A stretch of DNA of 32,000 bases from Pyrodictium abyssi (lineage in GTDB: Archaea > Thermoproteota > Thermoprotei_A > Sulfolobales > Pyrodictiaceae). Below are positions 1 through 9,791 of this stretch, in pieces. The position numbers and the translations under genes are program-made. A model generated the notes under the pieces. The model saw only the letters and a program-made list of their open reading frames with translations, had not been told where the DNA came from and ran no database searches. Location of the stretch: positions 210,001 to 242,000 of the forward strand of contig NZ_AP028907.1 of assembly GCF_036323395.1 (NCBI RefSeq). The letters run 5' to 3'. Position 1 is the stretch's first letter; each line of letters begins with the position of its first letter.

Positions 1-848
1 AAAGGCCTCTCGAGTATACCAGGAGTATCGACCATGTAGAACGCTACGTCTCTCACCTTCGTCTTGCCTACTATAACCGTCTTTGTCGTGAAGGGGTATG
101 ACGCCACCTCTGGCTCCGCTGTGGACGCCCTACGCACGAGCGTGGACTTACCGGTACTAGGTATGCCGGCCACGACCACTATCGGCAGCCCTTCGGACAC
201 TATGTGCGTCTGGAGCAGCTCTCTACGCACACGGTCCAACAGTTCAAGCCGTTTGCGAAGCCTACGCACCACGGATAGTATACGGCCGCTCCCTTCCTTA
301 CGCAGTCTAGCAGCCTCGCGCGCATCGGCAGCCGATACTATTAGGAGACGGTACTGGTTCCAGAACTCCTTTATCAGGCGAAGCGACCGGCGTATAGCAC
401 GGAGAGCCTCGTCGTACTCTTCCCCAACGAAGCCCAGTACTAGGGCTCGGTGGAACTCGCTCATCTCACGGGTGGACGGCAAGCGCGCTACACGGAGGAG
501 CCTCGAGTAGGAGACGTTGAACACTACTTCTAGCCTCTTAAGCTCGAACTCTATTCGGCCGGGCAGGCCGCGGCGCCGCGGCCTAACCTTACGGTACCGC
601 TCCCCTACAACCCTGACTATTTCCTCGGAGCTGTAGACGTGTGTCTCCTTAAGCCTCTTAACGGTCTCAGCGAGCTTGAGCATTTCCCGGTGCCGCCGGA
701 GCCACGGCAGCTCCTCATGCTGTACTGCCATTAACGCCCCCACAGCTCCAACAGAAGCCACGACCCCCCTTATCAAGAACACCTCCGTGAACCGGGCTGC
801 AGAGTGTATCCTATGGAGGAGCTGGGGCAAGTAGCGACGACTACGCAT
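1..848 (-). CDS. NOG1-family GTP-binding protein, 3'-truncated by the window edge
   Basis: Minus-strand translation, absent from the supplied ORF track because it runs off the window: MRSRRYLPQLLHRIHSAARF...LPIVVVAGIPSTGKSTLVRRASTAEPEVASYPFTTKTVIVGKTKVRDVAFYMVDTPGILERP. This has a Walker A/G1 motif, the NOG1-typical 'EVASYPFTTK' and a DTPG G3 motif. An alternative upstream ATG lies at about 914. Confidence 0.85.
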   Translation of the reverse strand, partial: MRSRRYLPQLLHRIHSAARFTEVFLIRGVVASVGAVGALMAVQHEELPWLRRHREMLKLAETVKRLKETHVYSSEEIVRVVGERYRKVRPRRRGLPGRIEFELKRLEVVFNVSYSRLLRVARLPSTREMSEFHRALVLGFVGEEYDEALRAIRRSLRLIKEFWNQYRLLIVSAADAREAARLRKEGSGRILSVVRRLRKRLELLDRVRRELLQTHIVSEGLPIVVVAGIPSTGKSTLVRRASTAEPEVASYPFTTKTVIVGKTKVRDVAFYMVDTPGILERP

Positions 849-961
849 AGGAGTGCGAATGCGAGAAGAGAGCACAGAGGTACCAGAGGAGACTCGTGGA
901 GCTTCGCACAGCATCCGGTGGCTGGGGGCATAGGCCTGGTAAGATCCCCAGGGGCCGCGGG

Positions 962-2320
962 CTACTCTACCTTGGGGAGGTAGCTTAGGTCTATCTTCTC
1001 GGGCTCAGCGTCGCGCAGCTGGCCCTCCAGGTAGTCCTGGTAGCCCTTGAGGTCTAGCAGGCCGTGCCCGCTTAGGTTGAAGAGTATCGTTATCCTCTCG
1101 CCGCGCTTCTTAGCCTCCAGCGCCACGTCGATAGCAGCCTTGACTGCGTGGGCACTCTCCGGAGCCGGTATGATGCCCTCTGTGCGGGCGAAGAACACCG
1201 CGGCCTCGAACACCTCAGTCTGCTTGTAGGCCACTGGCTCGACAATGCCGTGGTTTACTAGTATGCTGAGAGTCGGGGCTACGCCATGGTATCGGAGCCC
1301 ACCCGCGTGTATCGGTGGTGGCACGAACCGGTGGCCTATCGTGTGCATCTTGAGGAGAGGCGTCATGCCGGCAGTGTCGCCGAAGTCGTAGCGGTACTCG
1401 CCGCGCGTCATGCTCGGCGCTGCGCGCGGCTCCACGGCTATGAAGCGTGCCTCCGTCTTGCCGCGAAGCCTATCATAGATGAACGGGTAGGCGAGGCCAG
1501 CGTAGTTGCTACCACCGCCTACAGCGCCTATGACTACGTCGGGGTACTCGCCTAGGGCTTCTAGCTGCCGCTTAGCTTCAAGCCCTATCACGGTCTGGTG
1601 AAGGAGCACGTGGTTCAGCACACTGCCCAGACTGTACTTGGTGTCGGGATTCTTCAGGGCGTCCTCTATGGCCTCGCTTATCGCTATGCCTAGGCTACCA
1701 GGGTTGTCCGGGTCCTTCTCGAGTATCTTCCTACCAGCCTCGGTGTACGGGCTAGGACTCGGCACCACCTCCGCCCCATAGGTCTGCATGACTATGCGCC
1801 GGTAGGGCTTCTGCTCGTAGCTGATCCGGACCATGTATACCCGGACCTTGAGCCCGAACATAGCGCCCGCTAGGGCTAGCGCCGAGCCCCACTGGCCCGC
1901 GCCAGTCTCGGTGGTAAGCCTCTTAGTGCCCTCGAGGCGGTTATAGTAGGCCTGCGCCAGCGCCGTGTTTATCTTATGGCTACCCGTGGGCAACACACCC
2001 TCATACTTGAAGTATATCTTGGCTGGCGTGCCCAGCGCTTCTTCGAGCCTACGGGCCCGGAGGAGTGGGGTAGGCCTGCCTATCTCGAGGTAGATGCTGC
2101 GCAGCTCCTCGGGGATCTCTATCCAGCGCTCTGTCGAAGTCTCCTGCTCGACGAGGCTACGCGGGAATATCGCCTCGAGCTCCTTGGGAGATACTATGCT
2201 TCCGTCTGGCTTTCTCGGCGGCGGTAGAGGCTCCGGGAGGTCGGGCAGTATATTGTACCACTTATCGGGGAGAATATCCTCCGTCTGGGGTGCTCTTAGG
2301 CCCCGCGTCAGCATTACCAC
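962..2320 (-). CDS. trpB: Tryptophan synthase beta chain, TrpB2-type
   Basis: 452 aa. '[35 protein letters not shown]' N-terminus typical of TrpB2; PLP lysine region 'GSHKINTA'; '[11 protein letters not shown]' phosphate-binding loop. Confidence 0.93.
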   Translation of the reverse strand: MVMLTRGLRAPQTEDILPDKWYNILPDLPEPLPPPRKPDGSIVSPKELEAIFPRSLVEQETSTERWIEIPEELRSIYLEIGRPTPLLRARRLEEALGTPAKIYFKYEGVLPTGSHKINTALAQAYYNRLEGTKRLTTETGAGQWGSALALAGAMFGLKVRVYMVRISYEQKPYRRIVMQTYGAEVVPSPSPYTEAGRKILEKDPDNPGSLGIAISEAIEDALKNPDTKYSLGSVLNHVLLHQTVIGLEAKRQLEALGEYPDVVIGAVGGGSNYAGLAYPFIYDRLRGKTEARFIAVEPRAAPSMTRGEYRYDFGDTAGMTPLLKMHTIGHRFVPPPIHAGGLRYHGVAPTLSILVNHGIVEPVAYKQTEVFEAAVFFARTEGIIPAPESAHAVKAAIDVALEAKKRGERITILFNLSGHGLLDLKGYQDYLEGQLRDAEPEKIDLSYLPKVE

Positions 2321-2392
2321 GCGACACCACGACAGAAGACGGGCCCACAGAAATACCAGTATTTGGTCGTTTCCATGCCGGGCTAGGAGTGG

Positions 2393-3715
2393 TCACATCT
2401 TCCTCTTGTCTATTATCCTCTTAGCTTTGCCGCCCTCCTGGCGTGGAAGCTCGCCGGGGTCGACCACCTGCACCCTCGGGTTTATCATGAGTACCTCGTG
2501 TAGCCTGTACTGTAGCTCTGACGCCAGGCGCTGCTTCTCCTCCTCGCTCATCTTCTTAGCTGCTTCTACTACCACATACATCCGGTCAAGGTTGCCCTCA
2601 CGCTCCACTATTATCTGGTAGTGGTGGTTAACCCTAGGCTCGCTCAGCAAGACCTCCTCTACAGCCGATGGGAACACGTTCACGCCGTTTATTATCAACA
2701 TGTCGTCAGCCCGACCCATTATCCTGCCTATCCGCCTCATGTTCCTCCCACAGTCGCAGCTTATGCTATCGTACATGAAGGTGAGGTCGTTAGTCCAGTA
2801 GCGTATAAGCGGCATCGCGTCGTGCGTGAGCGGTGTGACCACGAGTACACCCTTCTCCTCGGGCTCCACGGGCTCGCCGGTCTTCGGGTCAACTACCTCG
2901 ACTAGGTAGTGGTCCTCCCAGACGTGGAGCCCGTCGTGAAGGTGGCACTCTATCGCGGTACCTGGGCCGTAGAGCTCGCTCATACCGTAGATGTCGTAGC
3001 TCTCCATGTCCCATATCCTGTTTATGCGCTTCCTCAGCTCCTCGCTCCACATCTCTGCGCCGAATATACCGGTCCTCAGCTTGGTGTCCCTAGCCGGGTC
3101 TACGCCCATCTCCATGGCTACCTCTGCCAGCCTGAGGGCGTAGTTCGGCACCGCGCCGAGGACCGTCGCGCCGAGGTCCCGTATCATCATGACATGCCGC
3201 TGTGTGAAGCCCGTGCCTGCTGGCACTGCGAGGGCGCCGAGCTTCTGCGCGCCGTAGTGGAAGCCTAGGCCCCCGGTGAACCAGTGGTAGCCGAGCGCGA
3301 TGTAGACTATATCCTCGCTGGTAACCCCCGCTGCCGCGAAGCTGCGGGCCATTAGCTCAGCCCAGTTCTCTATGTCCCTGCGGGTGTAGCCTACTACTGT
3401 TGGCTTCCCGGTGGTGCCGCTGCTAGCGTGTATCTCCACTATCTCGCTGAGCGGTACAGCGAAGAGCCCGTAGGGGTAGTTCTCGCGGAGATCGTTCTTC
3501 ACCGTGAACGGCAGCTTGCGTACATCCTCGAGCGTCTTTATGTCCTCGGGCCTAACTCCGGCCTCCTTGAGCTTCCTGTGGTAGAAGGGCACCCGCTCGT
3601 AGGCCCTCTTCACTGTCTCGCGTAGCCGTTGCAGCTGGAGCTTCTCTATCTCCTCGCGGCTAGCCCGCTCGATGGGGTGTAGTATCCTAGGCTTCCCCGC
3701 CATGTTGTCCACCAT
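2393..3715 (-). CDS. paaK: Phenylacetate-CoA ligase / aryl-acid CoA ligase (AMP-forming)
   Basis: 'HASSGTTGKPTVVGYT' AMP-binding motif; 'YDIYGMSELYGPG'; N-terminal 'LQLQRLRETVKRAYERVPFYHRKLKEAG' typical of PaaK. ORF extends to 3742, and the start codon is ambiguous (3742, 3715 or 3703). Confidence 0.9.
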   Translation of the reverse strand: MVDNMAGKPRILHPIERASREEIEKLQLQRLRETVKRAYERVPFYHRKLKEAGVRPEDIKTLEDVRKLPFTVKNDLRENYPYGLFAVPLSEIVEIHASSGTTGKPTVVGYTRRDIENWAELMARSFAAAGVTSEDIVYIALGYHWFTGGLGFHYGAQKLGALAVPAGTGFTQRHVMMIRDLGATVLGAVPNYALRLAEVAMEMGVDPARDTKLRTGIFGAEMWSEELRKRINRIWDMESYDIYGMSELYGPGTAIECHLHDGLHVWEDHYLVEVVDPKTGEPVEPEEKGVLVVTPLTHDAMPLIRYWTNDLTFMYDSISCDCGRNMRRIGRIMGRADDMLIINGVNVFPSAVEEVLLSEPRVNHHYQIIVEREGNLDRMYVVVEAAKKMSEEEKQRLASELQYRLHEVLMINPRVQVVDPGELPRQEGGKAKRIIDKRKM

Positions 3716-3848
3716 GTCCAGTGTGCTGCAAAGGAGGCACATGTGGTCCTGGAGGCCAGAGCGTCTAGAATACTTGGGACTGCTTAAATTTTGCCCCCTA
3801 CAAGCCCACCGCTAAAATATTTAAGAGAAGAAGCCTGGTGGGCAAGAT

Positions 3849-3980
3849 GTGGGGCTAGCAGCCGTGACAGGCATAGTTCTGGCCCTTGTTATAGGCTTCG
3901 CGGCAGTCCTAGTCGGCCTCGCCTACAGCTTCTCCAGGGGCAGCGACGAGGCCCCTACAACCATTACGCCTAGCAAGTAG
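3849..3980 (+). CDS. 43-aa single-TM small protein immediately upstream of SSS transporter
   Basis: GTG start: VGLAAVTGIVLALVIGFAAVLVGLAYSFSRGSDEAPTTITPSK*. One hydrophobic helix; a GGTGG purine-rich stretch upstream; stops 21 bp before the transporter start. Too short for the provided ORF track. Confidence 0.55.
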   Translation: MGLAAVTGIVLALVIGFAAVLVGLAYSFSRGSDEAPTTITPSK

Positions 3981-4001
3981 AGCCGGGGGTGAAACTGGAC
4001 A

Positions 4002-5390
4002 ATGATATCTGAGAGCGTTATAGCAGCGTATCTGGCTGCAAGCCTCGCCCTCGGCGCCGCTTTCAAATCGAAAGCAGATACTATCCAGGGCTTTCTTGTA
4101 GCGAATAGGGAGATAGGAAACTGGCTACTAGCATTCACTTTTGGTGCAACATACTTCTCGAGCGTAGTCATAGTAGTTGGCGGCGCATGGGCATACATGT
4201 GGGGCCAGGCTAGCCTAATAATACCGGTCTTCAACGTCGTCCTTGGCGCACTCGCGACCTTCATACTCTTCGGCCAGAGGATAAACCAGCTCAGCAAGAT
4301 ACACGACGCGCTCACAGTCCCAGAGCTCTTCGGCAAGATATACTCCAGCAGAGGACTTCAGAGGCTACTCGGCCTAATGACCGCGATTGGTCTCACACTC
4401 TACGCTGCCACAGTGATAAGCGGCGCAGCCGCTATGGTAGGCACCGTGTTCCACATAGACCTGGCGCTCGCAGCCTTCATAATAGCCGCGCTCATGGCTA
4501 TCTATGTAGCGCTCGGCGGGATGTACAGCGTAGTATGGACCGACACCCTGCAAGGCCTGATGATGGCCAGCGGCGTAGCCGCGCTCCTAGCCATATCACT
4601 GGGCAGAGTCGGCGGCATGACAGCGCTAGAGGCCGCTAAACCAGCACTCCCTCCAGAGAGGATAAACATGCGCCTCATATTCGACCTGGCGCTGCTGACT
4701 AGTGTAGCTGTATGGGGGCTCCCGCAGCTCGTAAACAGGTTCTATACGGCCCGGGGTCCCGGCGTAGTACGTCGGGCAACTGGCATAGCGACACTCTTCG
4801 CCTTCATAGTAACGTACAGCAGCTTCCTCTCCGGCTTAGCCGCCGCCGAGCTACTACGCAGCAACCCGCCAGCGGACCCGCTAAAGGCCATACCCACACT
4901 AGCCAGCATGGTGCTAGGCCCTATAGGCGCAGCAGTGTTCTCTGGCGCAGTACTCGCAGCAGCAATGAGCACCGCAGACTCCATAGCGTTGACGACCGGC
5001 AGCGCTGTGGTGTACGATGTGCTCGGCATAAGGAGCACCAGGGCTCTACGCGCTGCCAGCTTCCTCGCGATGATAGCCGCCGCCGTTATAGCCGTGGCCA
5101 CGCTCTCCCTGCCAAAGGAGCTGGCACACGCTGTAACAACTATATTCAAGACCGGCTGGACTCTAACCGCCGGCGCCTTCCTAGCACCAGTAGTGGCCAC
5201 AGTACTGGGGGCCAGGAGTAGAGAAGCTGTAGTAGCGTCCGCCGTCGCGGGCGCCAGCACCGCCCTAGCATACGGCGTAGCCAAGGCGGCACGTGTCGTG
5301 CTACCGCTAGCCGACATGAGCTTCGCCATAACAGTGCTAGTGTCATTCACGGTGTACGCTGTAGCCTACCTGGCTACGCGCAGACGGTAG
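4002..5390 (+). CDS. Sodium:solute symporter (SSS) family transporter
   Basis: 462 aa with about 13 hydrophobic segments; 'ATYFSSVVIVVGGAWAYMWG', 'ALGGMYSVVWTDTLQGLMM', 'AVLAAAMSTADS' are SSS hallmarks. Confidence 0.88.
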   Translation: MISESVIAAYLAASLALGAAFKSKADTIQGFLVANREIGNWLLAFTFGATYFSSVVIVVGGAWAYMWGQASLIIPVFNVVLGALATFILFGQRINQLSKIHDALTVPELFGKIYSSRGLQRLLGLMTAIGLTLYAATVISGAAAMVGTVFHIDLALAAFIIAALMAIYVALGGMYSVVWTDTLQGLMMASGVAALLAISLGRVGGMTALEAAKPALPPERINMRLIFDLALLTSVAVWGLPQLVNRFYTARGPGVVRRATGIATLFAFIVTYSSFLSGLAAAELLRSNPPADPLKAIPTLASMVLGPIGAAVFSGAVLAAAMSTADSIALTTGSAVVYDVLGIRSTRALRAASFLAMIAAAVIAVATLSLPKELAHAVTTIFKTGWTLTAGAFLAPVVATVLGARSREAVVASAVAGASTALAYGVAKAARVVLPLADMSFAITVLVSFTVYAVAYLATRRR

Positions 5391-5569
5391 AACGCGGAGG
5401 AGCAGCAAAAGGAGTCCCTCCCCCACAAATACGCTCTACTTTTCCACAGAATATTCGCCTACAGCCCTATACCTCTCGGGAGGGTTTTCTCGCGCAGCAG
5501 CCATCCCAGGAGTAAGCCCCTTATTCTCCCACCAGGCATGCGTGTTAACTCCTTGAATAAGCGTCCTGG

Positions 5570-7537
5570 GTGGATGCAGTGCCCCGCTACTCGGAGGTGC
5601 TAGCCCCTGCCGGCGGGAAGGTGCTAATGCTCGGCAACGTGGCTATAGCCCGCGGTTTCCTCGAAGCCGGGGTCCAGTTCGTAGCCGCCTACCCGGGCAC
5701 CCCTAGCACTGAGGTGGTTGAGGCACTAGCAGCCGCGGCTAGGAGGCTCGGCGGCAGGCCCTACGTCGAGTGGAGCGTCAACGAGAAGGTGGCCCTCGAG
5801 GCCGCTCTCGGCGCCGCTATTACCGGGGTACGAGCCGTCGCCGTCATGAAGCACGTGGGCCTCAACGTGGCGGCTGACCCGTTCTTTAGCAGTGCCTACC
5901 TCGGTGTCGAAGGCGCTCTCGTAGTGGTGTCGGCCGACGACCCGTGGATGTGGAGTAGCCAGAACGAGCAGGATAACCGCTGGTACGGGCTCCACGCCTA
6001 TGTACCCGTGGTCGAGCCGACGGGCCCACAGGACGCGAAAGAGGCGGCCAAGCTCGCGCTAGAGTACAGCGCCCGGTATAAGAGGCCGTTCCTCCTCCGC
6101 TCGACCACGAGGATATCCCATACACGCGTCCCCGTCGAGACGGGCGCGATCCCGGTCGAGGAGCTGGAACCGCGCGGAGACTTCTCCAAGAACCCGGCGC
6201 GCTGGACACTCATACCACAGTACGCCAGGATGCACCGGCTAGAGCTGCTCGAGGCCTGGGATCGTCTACGCCGCGAGCTCGCAGGGTTCCCGCTGAACCG
6301 TGTAGAGGGCAGCGGCCCGGTAGCCGTGGTGGCCCCGGGGCTGGGGTACCGGTACGCCCGTGAGGCTGTCAAGCTGCTCGGCGCCGAGGACGAGGTCACG
6401 ATCTACGCCGTGGCCACGCCCGTACCGCTACCCGAACCCTTGGCCGAGAAGATACTCTCCCACGACATGGTCCTCGTGGTTGAGGAGGGCGACCCCATCG
6501 TAGAGATCCAGCTTAAGACCATGGCCGTGGAGGTGGATGCTCGCACCCGGATATTGGGCAAGCGCGGCGCCCAGGGGCTGCTACCGCGCCACGGGGAGCT
6601 AGGCCTCGAGAAGGTAGCTGCAGCTCTCGCCAAGGTGCTCGGGAGGGAGCTACCAGCCTGGACCCGTGGAGAGCGCCGGGAGCCTGGCGTGAAGTTACCG
6701 CCGCGCCCGCCGGTTCTCTGCGCCGGGTGCCCATACCGTAGCTTCTTCTACGCTCTGCGCCGTGCCGCTAACAAGCTGAGGCTACGCCCGGTCTACAGCG
6801 GCGATATAGGCTGCTATAGCCTGGGCATACTGCCTCCCTTCGAGGTGCAGGACATTATTGTTGACATGGGCGCCAGCATAGGCTCTGGCAGCGGCATGGC
6901 ACACACACTGACCGGCGGCGGGAGAGTTGTTGTGGCCATAATAGGGGACTCGACCTTCTACCACAGCGGCGTCACTGCGCTTATGAACGCCGTGTATAAC
7001 CAGTCACCTCTACTCGTTGTTGTCCTCGACAACCACACCACCGCCATGACCGGGCACCAGCCGCACCCGGGCGTCGGCGTAGACGCTGAGGGGCGAGCGG
7101 CGCCCGAGATAAGGGTCGAGGAAGTGGCCCGAGGTATAGGCGTCGAGAAGATACTCGTCAGCGACGCCTTCGACATACGCGACTCGGAAGCTAAGCTCAT
7201 CGAGGCGCTCCGCTACACCATCGAGACCAGGAAGCCCGCTGTAGTCGTAGCTAGGGGGGCATGTATACTCGTAGCACTCCAGCAGGCACGCCGCCGCGGC
7301 ATAAAGCCGCCAACGTACTACGTTGACCCGGAGAAGTGTACAGCCTGCGGCATCTGCTACAAAGCGTTCAACTGCCCCGCGATACAGCGCGGCGAGGACG
7401 GCAAGGCCGTGATAGACCCCGCGCTCTGCACCGGCTGCGCCGAGTGTGTACAGGTATGCCCGTTCGACGCCTTCAAGCCTAGCCAGGAGCCCCCCGAGGA
7501 GTGGACAGTCATAATGAGGACGGCTAAGCCCGCCTAG
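5570..7537 (+). CDS. iorA: Indolepyruvate:ferredoxin oxidoreductase alpha subunit
   Basis: 655 aa; 'MLGNVAIARGFLEAGVQFVAAYPGTPSTEVVEAL', TPP-binding 'GDIGCYSLGILPPFEVQDIIVDMGASIGSGSGMAH', C-terminal ferredoxin motifs 'CTACGICYKAFNC' and 'CTGCAECVQVCP'. GTG start. Confidence 0.95.
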   Translation: MDAVPRYSEVLAPAGGKVLMLGNVAIARGFLEAGVQFVAAYPGTPSTEVVEALAAAARRLGGRPYVEWSVNEKVALEAALGAAITGVRAVAVMKHVGLNVAADPFFSSAYLGVEGALVVVSADDPWMWSSQNEQDNRWYGLHAYVPVVEPTGPQDAKEAAKLALEYSARYKRPFLLRSTTRISHTRVPVETGAIPVEELEPRGDFSKNPARWTLIPQYARMHRLELLEAWDRLRRELAGFPLNRVEGSGPVAVVAPGLGYRYAREAVKLLGAEDEVTIYAVATPVPLPEPLAEKILSHDMVLVVEEGDPIVEIQLKTMAVEVDARTRILGKRGAQGLLPRHGELGLEKVAAALAKVLGRELPAWTRGERREPGVKLPPRPPVLCAGCPYRSFFYALRRAANKLRLRPVYSGDIGCYSLGILPPFEVQDIIVDMGASIGSGSGMAHTLTGGGRVVVAIIGDSTFYHSGVTALMNAVYNQSPLLVVVLDNHTTAMTGHQPHPGVGVDAEGRAAPEIRVEEVARGIGVEKILVSDAFDIRDSEAKLIEALRYTIETRKPAVVVARGACILVALQQARRRGIKPPTYYVDPEKCTACGICYKAFNCPAIQRGEDGKAVIDPALCTGCAECVQVCPFDAFKPSQEPPEEWTVIMRTAKPA

Positions 7538-7549
7538 AGGTGAGGCAGC

Positions 7550-8140
7550 GTGGCCAGGGCGCTCAACCTAGTAGTGACGGGCGTGGGGGGCCAGGGCCTC
7601 ATAACACTGTCATCCATAGTTGCTAGGGCCGCGCTACGCCGCGGCGTAGACGCCCTCGTCGCAGAGACCCACGGGCTCAGCCAGAGAGGCGGCACCGTGA
7701 TAGTGCACGTGAGGCTAGGCGACGTGGACGCACCCCTAGTACCGCCGGGCGGAGCCGACGCGATACTAGCAATGGAGCTCATAGAGGCTGTGAGGTACCT
7801 GGGCTACTTGCGCCCAGGCGGCACCGTAGTGCTCAACGACTATCTCGTCCCCCCGCCCCTCCCCGGGATAGAGACCCCCTCCGCCTCCAGCCTGCTCGAC
7901 GCCATACGTAGACGCGCAGGCAGGATAGTAATTGTGCCCGCTACGAGGAAAGCCCTAGAGCTAGGCGACGCCCGCGTAGCAAACATGGTCCTGCTCGGCG
8001 CCGCGCTAGAGGCAGGAGTATTCAACGGCTTCATAGACGCGGCCGCAGTGGAGGAGGCGATCCGCGAGTCCTGGCCAAAAGCCGCCGAGGTTAACCTGGC
8101 AGCGCTGCGCGCCGGCCGCGCCCTAGCCAAGAGCAGCTGA
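7550..8140 (+). CDS. iorB: Indolepyruvate:ferredoxin oxidoreductase beta subunit
   Basis: 196 aa; 'NLVVTGVGGQGLITLSSIVARAALRRGVDALVAETHGLSQRGGTVIVHVRLG'; adjacent to iorA. Confidence 0.94.
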   Translation: MARALNLVVTGVGGQGLITLSSIVARAALRRGVDALVAETHGLSQRGGTVIVHVRLGDVDAPLVPPGGADAILAMELIEAVRYLGYLRPGGTVVLNDYLVPPPLPGIETPSASSLLDAIRRRAGRIVIVPATRKALELGDARVANMVLLGAALEAGVFNGFIDAAAVEEAIRESWPKAAEVNLAALRAGRALAKSS

Positions 8141-8165
8141 CCCCCCGGGCCCTTGTTTCACCCCT

Positions 8166-8816
8166 CTATTCTACCCGGACCAGCCTCCCCGACTCTATCA
8201 CGAATGTTGTGAATTCCTGGAGCGCGTCTACAGCACCCTTCTGGGGAGACGTGGCCAGCACGGCCATGCCTCTACGCAGCAGCTCCCTCATCAGCCCGCT
8301 GAGGGCTTCTACAGCCGCATCATCCAGCCCCGTGAACGGCTCATCTATGACCAGTGCCCTGGGCCTGTGCAGTAGGGCACGGGCTATGTTGGCTCTCTTC
8401 TTCCAGCCAAAGCTTAGGTCTCCCGCTCTTGTGTCCAAGTAGCGGCGAAGACCTAGAACTTCGACTACCTCGTCCTCCTCCGGGCTATACTCTACGCCGT
8501 GGAGCCGGGCGTAGTACGCCAGATTCTCCCTGACCGTAAGCTCGTCATAGAGTAGACTGTGGTGCAGGACTACCCCGAGAGCCCGGCGCGCTTCAGGGAG
8601 GTAGGGCGGGCGCCCCTCCACGAGGACCGTGCCGCGGCTTGGCCTCGTAAGCCCTACTAGTATACGCAGGAGAGTGGTTTTACCCGAGCCATTCGGCCCT
8701 ATAACCAGCACGCCTTGCCCCGGCCTGCTACAGAGGCTGACGCCGCGTAGTACCCAGCCACGGTTCCAGTCATACCGCTTCCACACGTCCTTGGCCTCTA
8801 GCACACAGTCGCTCAA
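8166..8816 (-). CDS. ccmA: CcmA-type heme/cytochrome c biogenesis ABC ATPase
   Basis: 216 aa; Walker A 'GPNGSGKTT', 'LSFGWKKRANIARALLHRPRALVIDEPFTGLD' signature/Walker B; linkage to ccmB, C, E and F homologues in the window. Confidence 0.8.
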   Translation of the reverse strand: MSDCVLEAKDVWKRYDWNRGWVLRGVSLCSRPGQGVLVIGPNGSGKTTLLRILVGLTRPSRGTVLVEGRPPYLPEARRALGVVLHHSLLYDELTVRENLAYYARLHGVEYSPEEDEVVEVLGLRRYLDTRAGDLSFGWKKRANIARALLHRPRALVIDEPFTGLDDAAVEALSGLMRELLRRGMAVLATSPQKGAVDALQEFTTFVIESGRLVRVE

Positions 8817-8995
8817 GGCTCCGCCCCCGGTAGAGTCACAGAGCCGGCGCTCTATAACGCATGGGTTTCTCAGAACAAAGGGCTACTAGGCAGCGTAGCT
8901 TCCGGGCGCGGAAGAGGAGGGAAGAAGCGGAGCTGGCGGCTACTGGGCCTCTAGGCCCCTAGAGGATTAGGAAAAAACTAGGCGGCAGGACGCGG

Positions 8996-9637
8996 CTACC
9001 GGCGCTTAGCCACGGCCATCGCTATTACTAGTAGGCCGACAGCTGCTAGGTAGAATGCTAGGCCTACGGGTAGCCCTGTCTGCACAAGTGGCCCGGCCTC
9101 CTTGGACGGGTTAGGTATTGGTACTTCTGGAAGCTTCTGGTAGGTTACTGTCGGCTTCGGCTTTACAGGAGGCTGCGCGGGTAGCGGCTGCGCTGGCTTA
9201 GACGTCGTAGTTGTGGTAGTTGCCGCCACTGTTGTGGTAGTCTGGGCTTCCTCTGCCGGCTTTTCAGCTGCCTGTCCACTGGATGCTCCCTTAGCCTCAT
9301 TGAACACGGACTCGAAGTAAGCCTTGAGCTCCGGCGTCATGCCTGGCATCATGCTCATTAGCTGGTCCCAGGTCTTAGCGTTATTGAACATCTTGAAGTT
9401 CGGCGCCTCTGCTGCGACGGCTTCATCGAGGCTCGCGTACTTAGATGCCCACTCCTTGATAGCTGCAACAGTGCCCTCGAAGTCCGGCGCCATTGCCCCA
9501 TTATGGCAGCTTGCACACTTGGCCTGGAACTCTTGCTTCGCCTCTTCTGTGGATAGAGCGGCTGCAGCTATTGACAGTATGCCTACCGCTACTAGCGCTG
9601 AGAGCACTACTACTGCTAACGATACACCCGTTCTCAT
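8996..9637 (-). CDS. Monoheme c-type cytochrome with C-terminal membrane anchor
   Basis: 213 aa; N-terminal signal-like helix, one CASCH heme motif, Met-rich segment 'MFNNAKTWDQLMSMMPGMTPELK' (candidate axial Met), Thr/Pro-rich linker, C-terminal TM 'GLAFYLAAVGLLVIAMAVAKRR'. Confidence 0.85.
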   Translation of the reverse strand: MRTGVSLAVVVLSALVAVGILSIAAAALSTEEAKQEFQAKCASCHNGAMAPDFEGTVAAIKEWASKYASLDEAVAAEAPNFKMFNNAKTWDQLMSMMPGMTPELKAYFESVFNEAKGASSGQAAEKPAEEAQTTTTVAATTTTTTSKPAQPLPAQPPVKPKPTVTYQKLPEVPIPNPSKEAGPLVQTGLPVGLAFYLAAVGLLVIAMAVAKRR

Positions 9638-9791
9638 TTCATATCCACCTCGGGTTCACACGTTATGCGTGAAACTCGTGGGCAGTACTATTCGGCAGCT
9701 CGAAGCGCCCATTAGTGCAAGCGACACACATTGTACAGAGTACGTGACGTGCATGGTACGCGTACAAAAACCGTGGAGGGGCTAAGTGAGG

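Noticed and set aside
64-510. 148-aa plus-strand ORF in the supplied track
   Set aside because: Antisense to the NOG1-like GTPase, whose minus-strand translation has clear GTPase motifs. The plus ORF is Ser/Arg-rich with no recognisable family.
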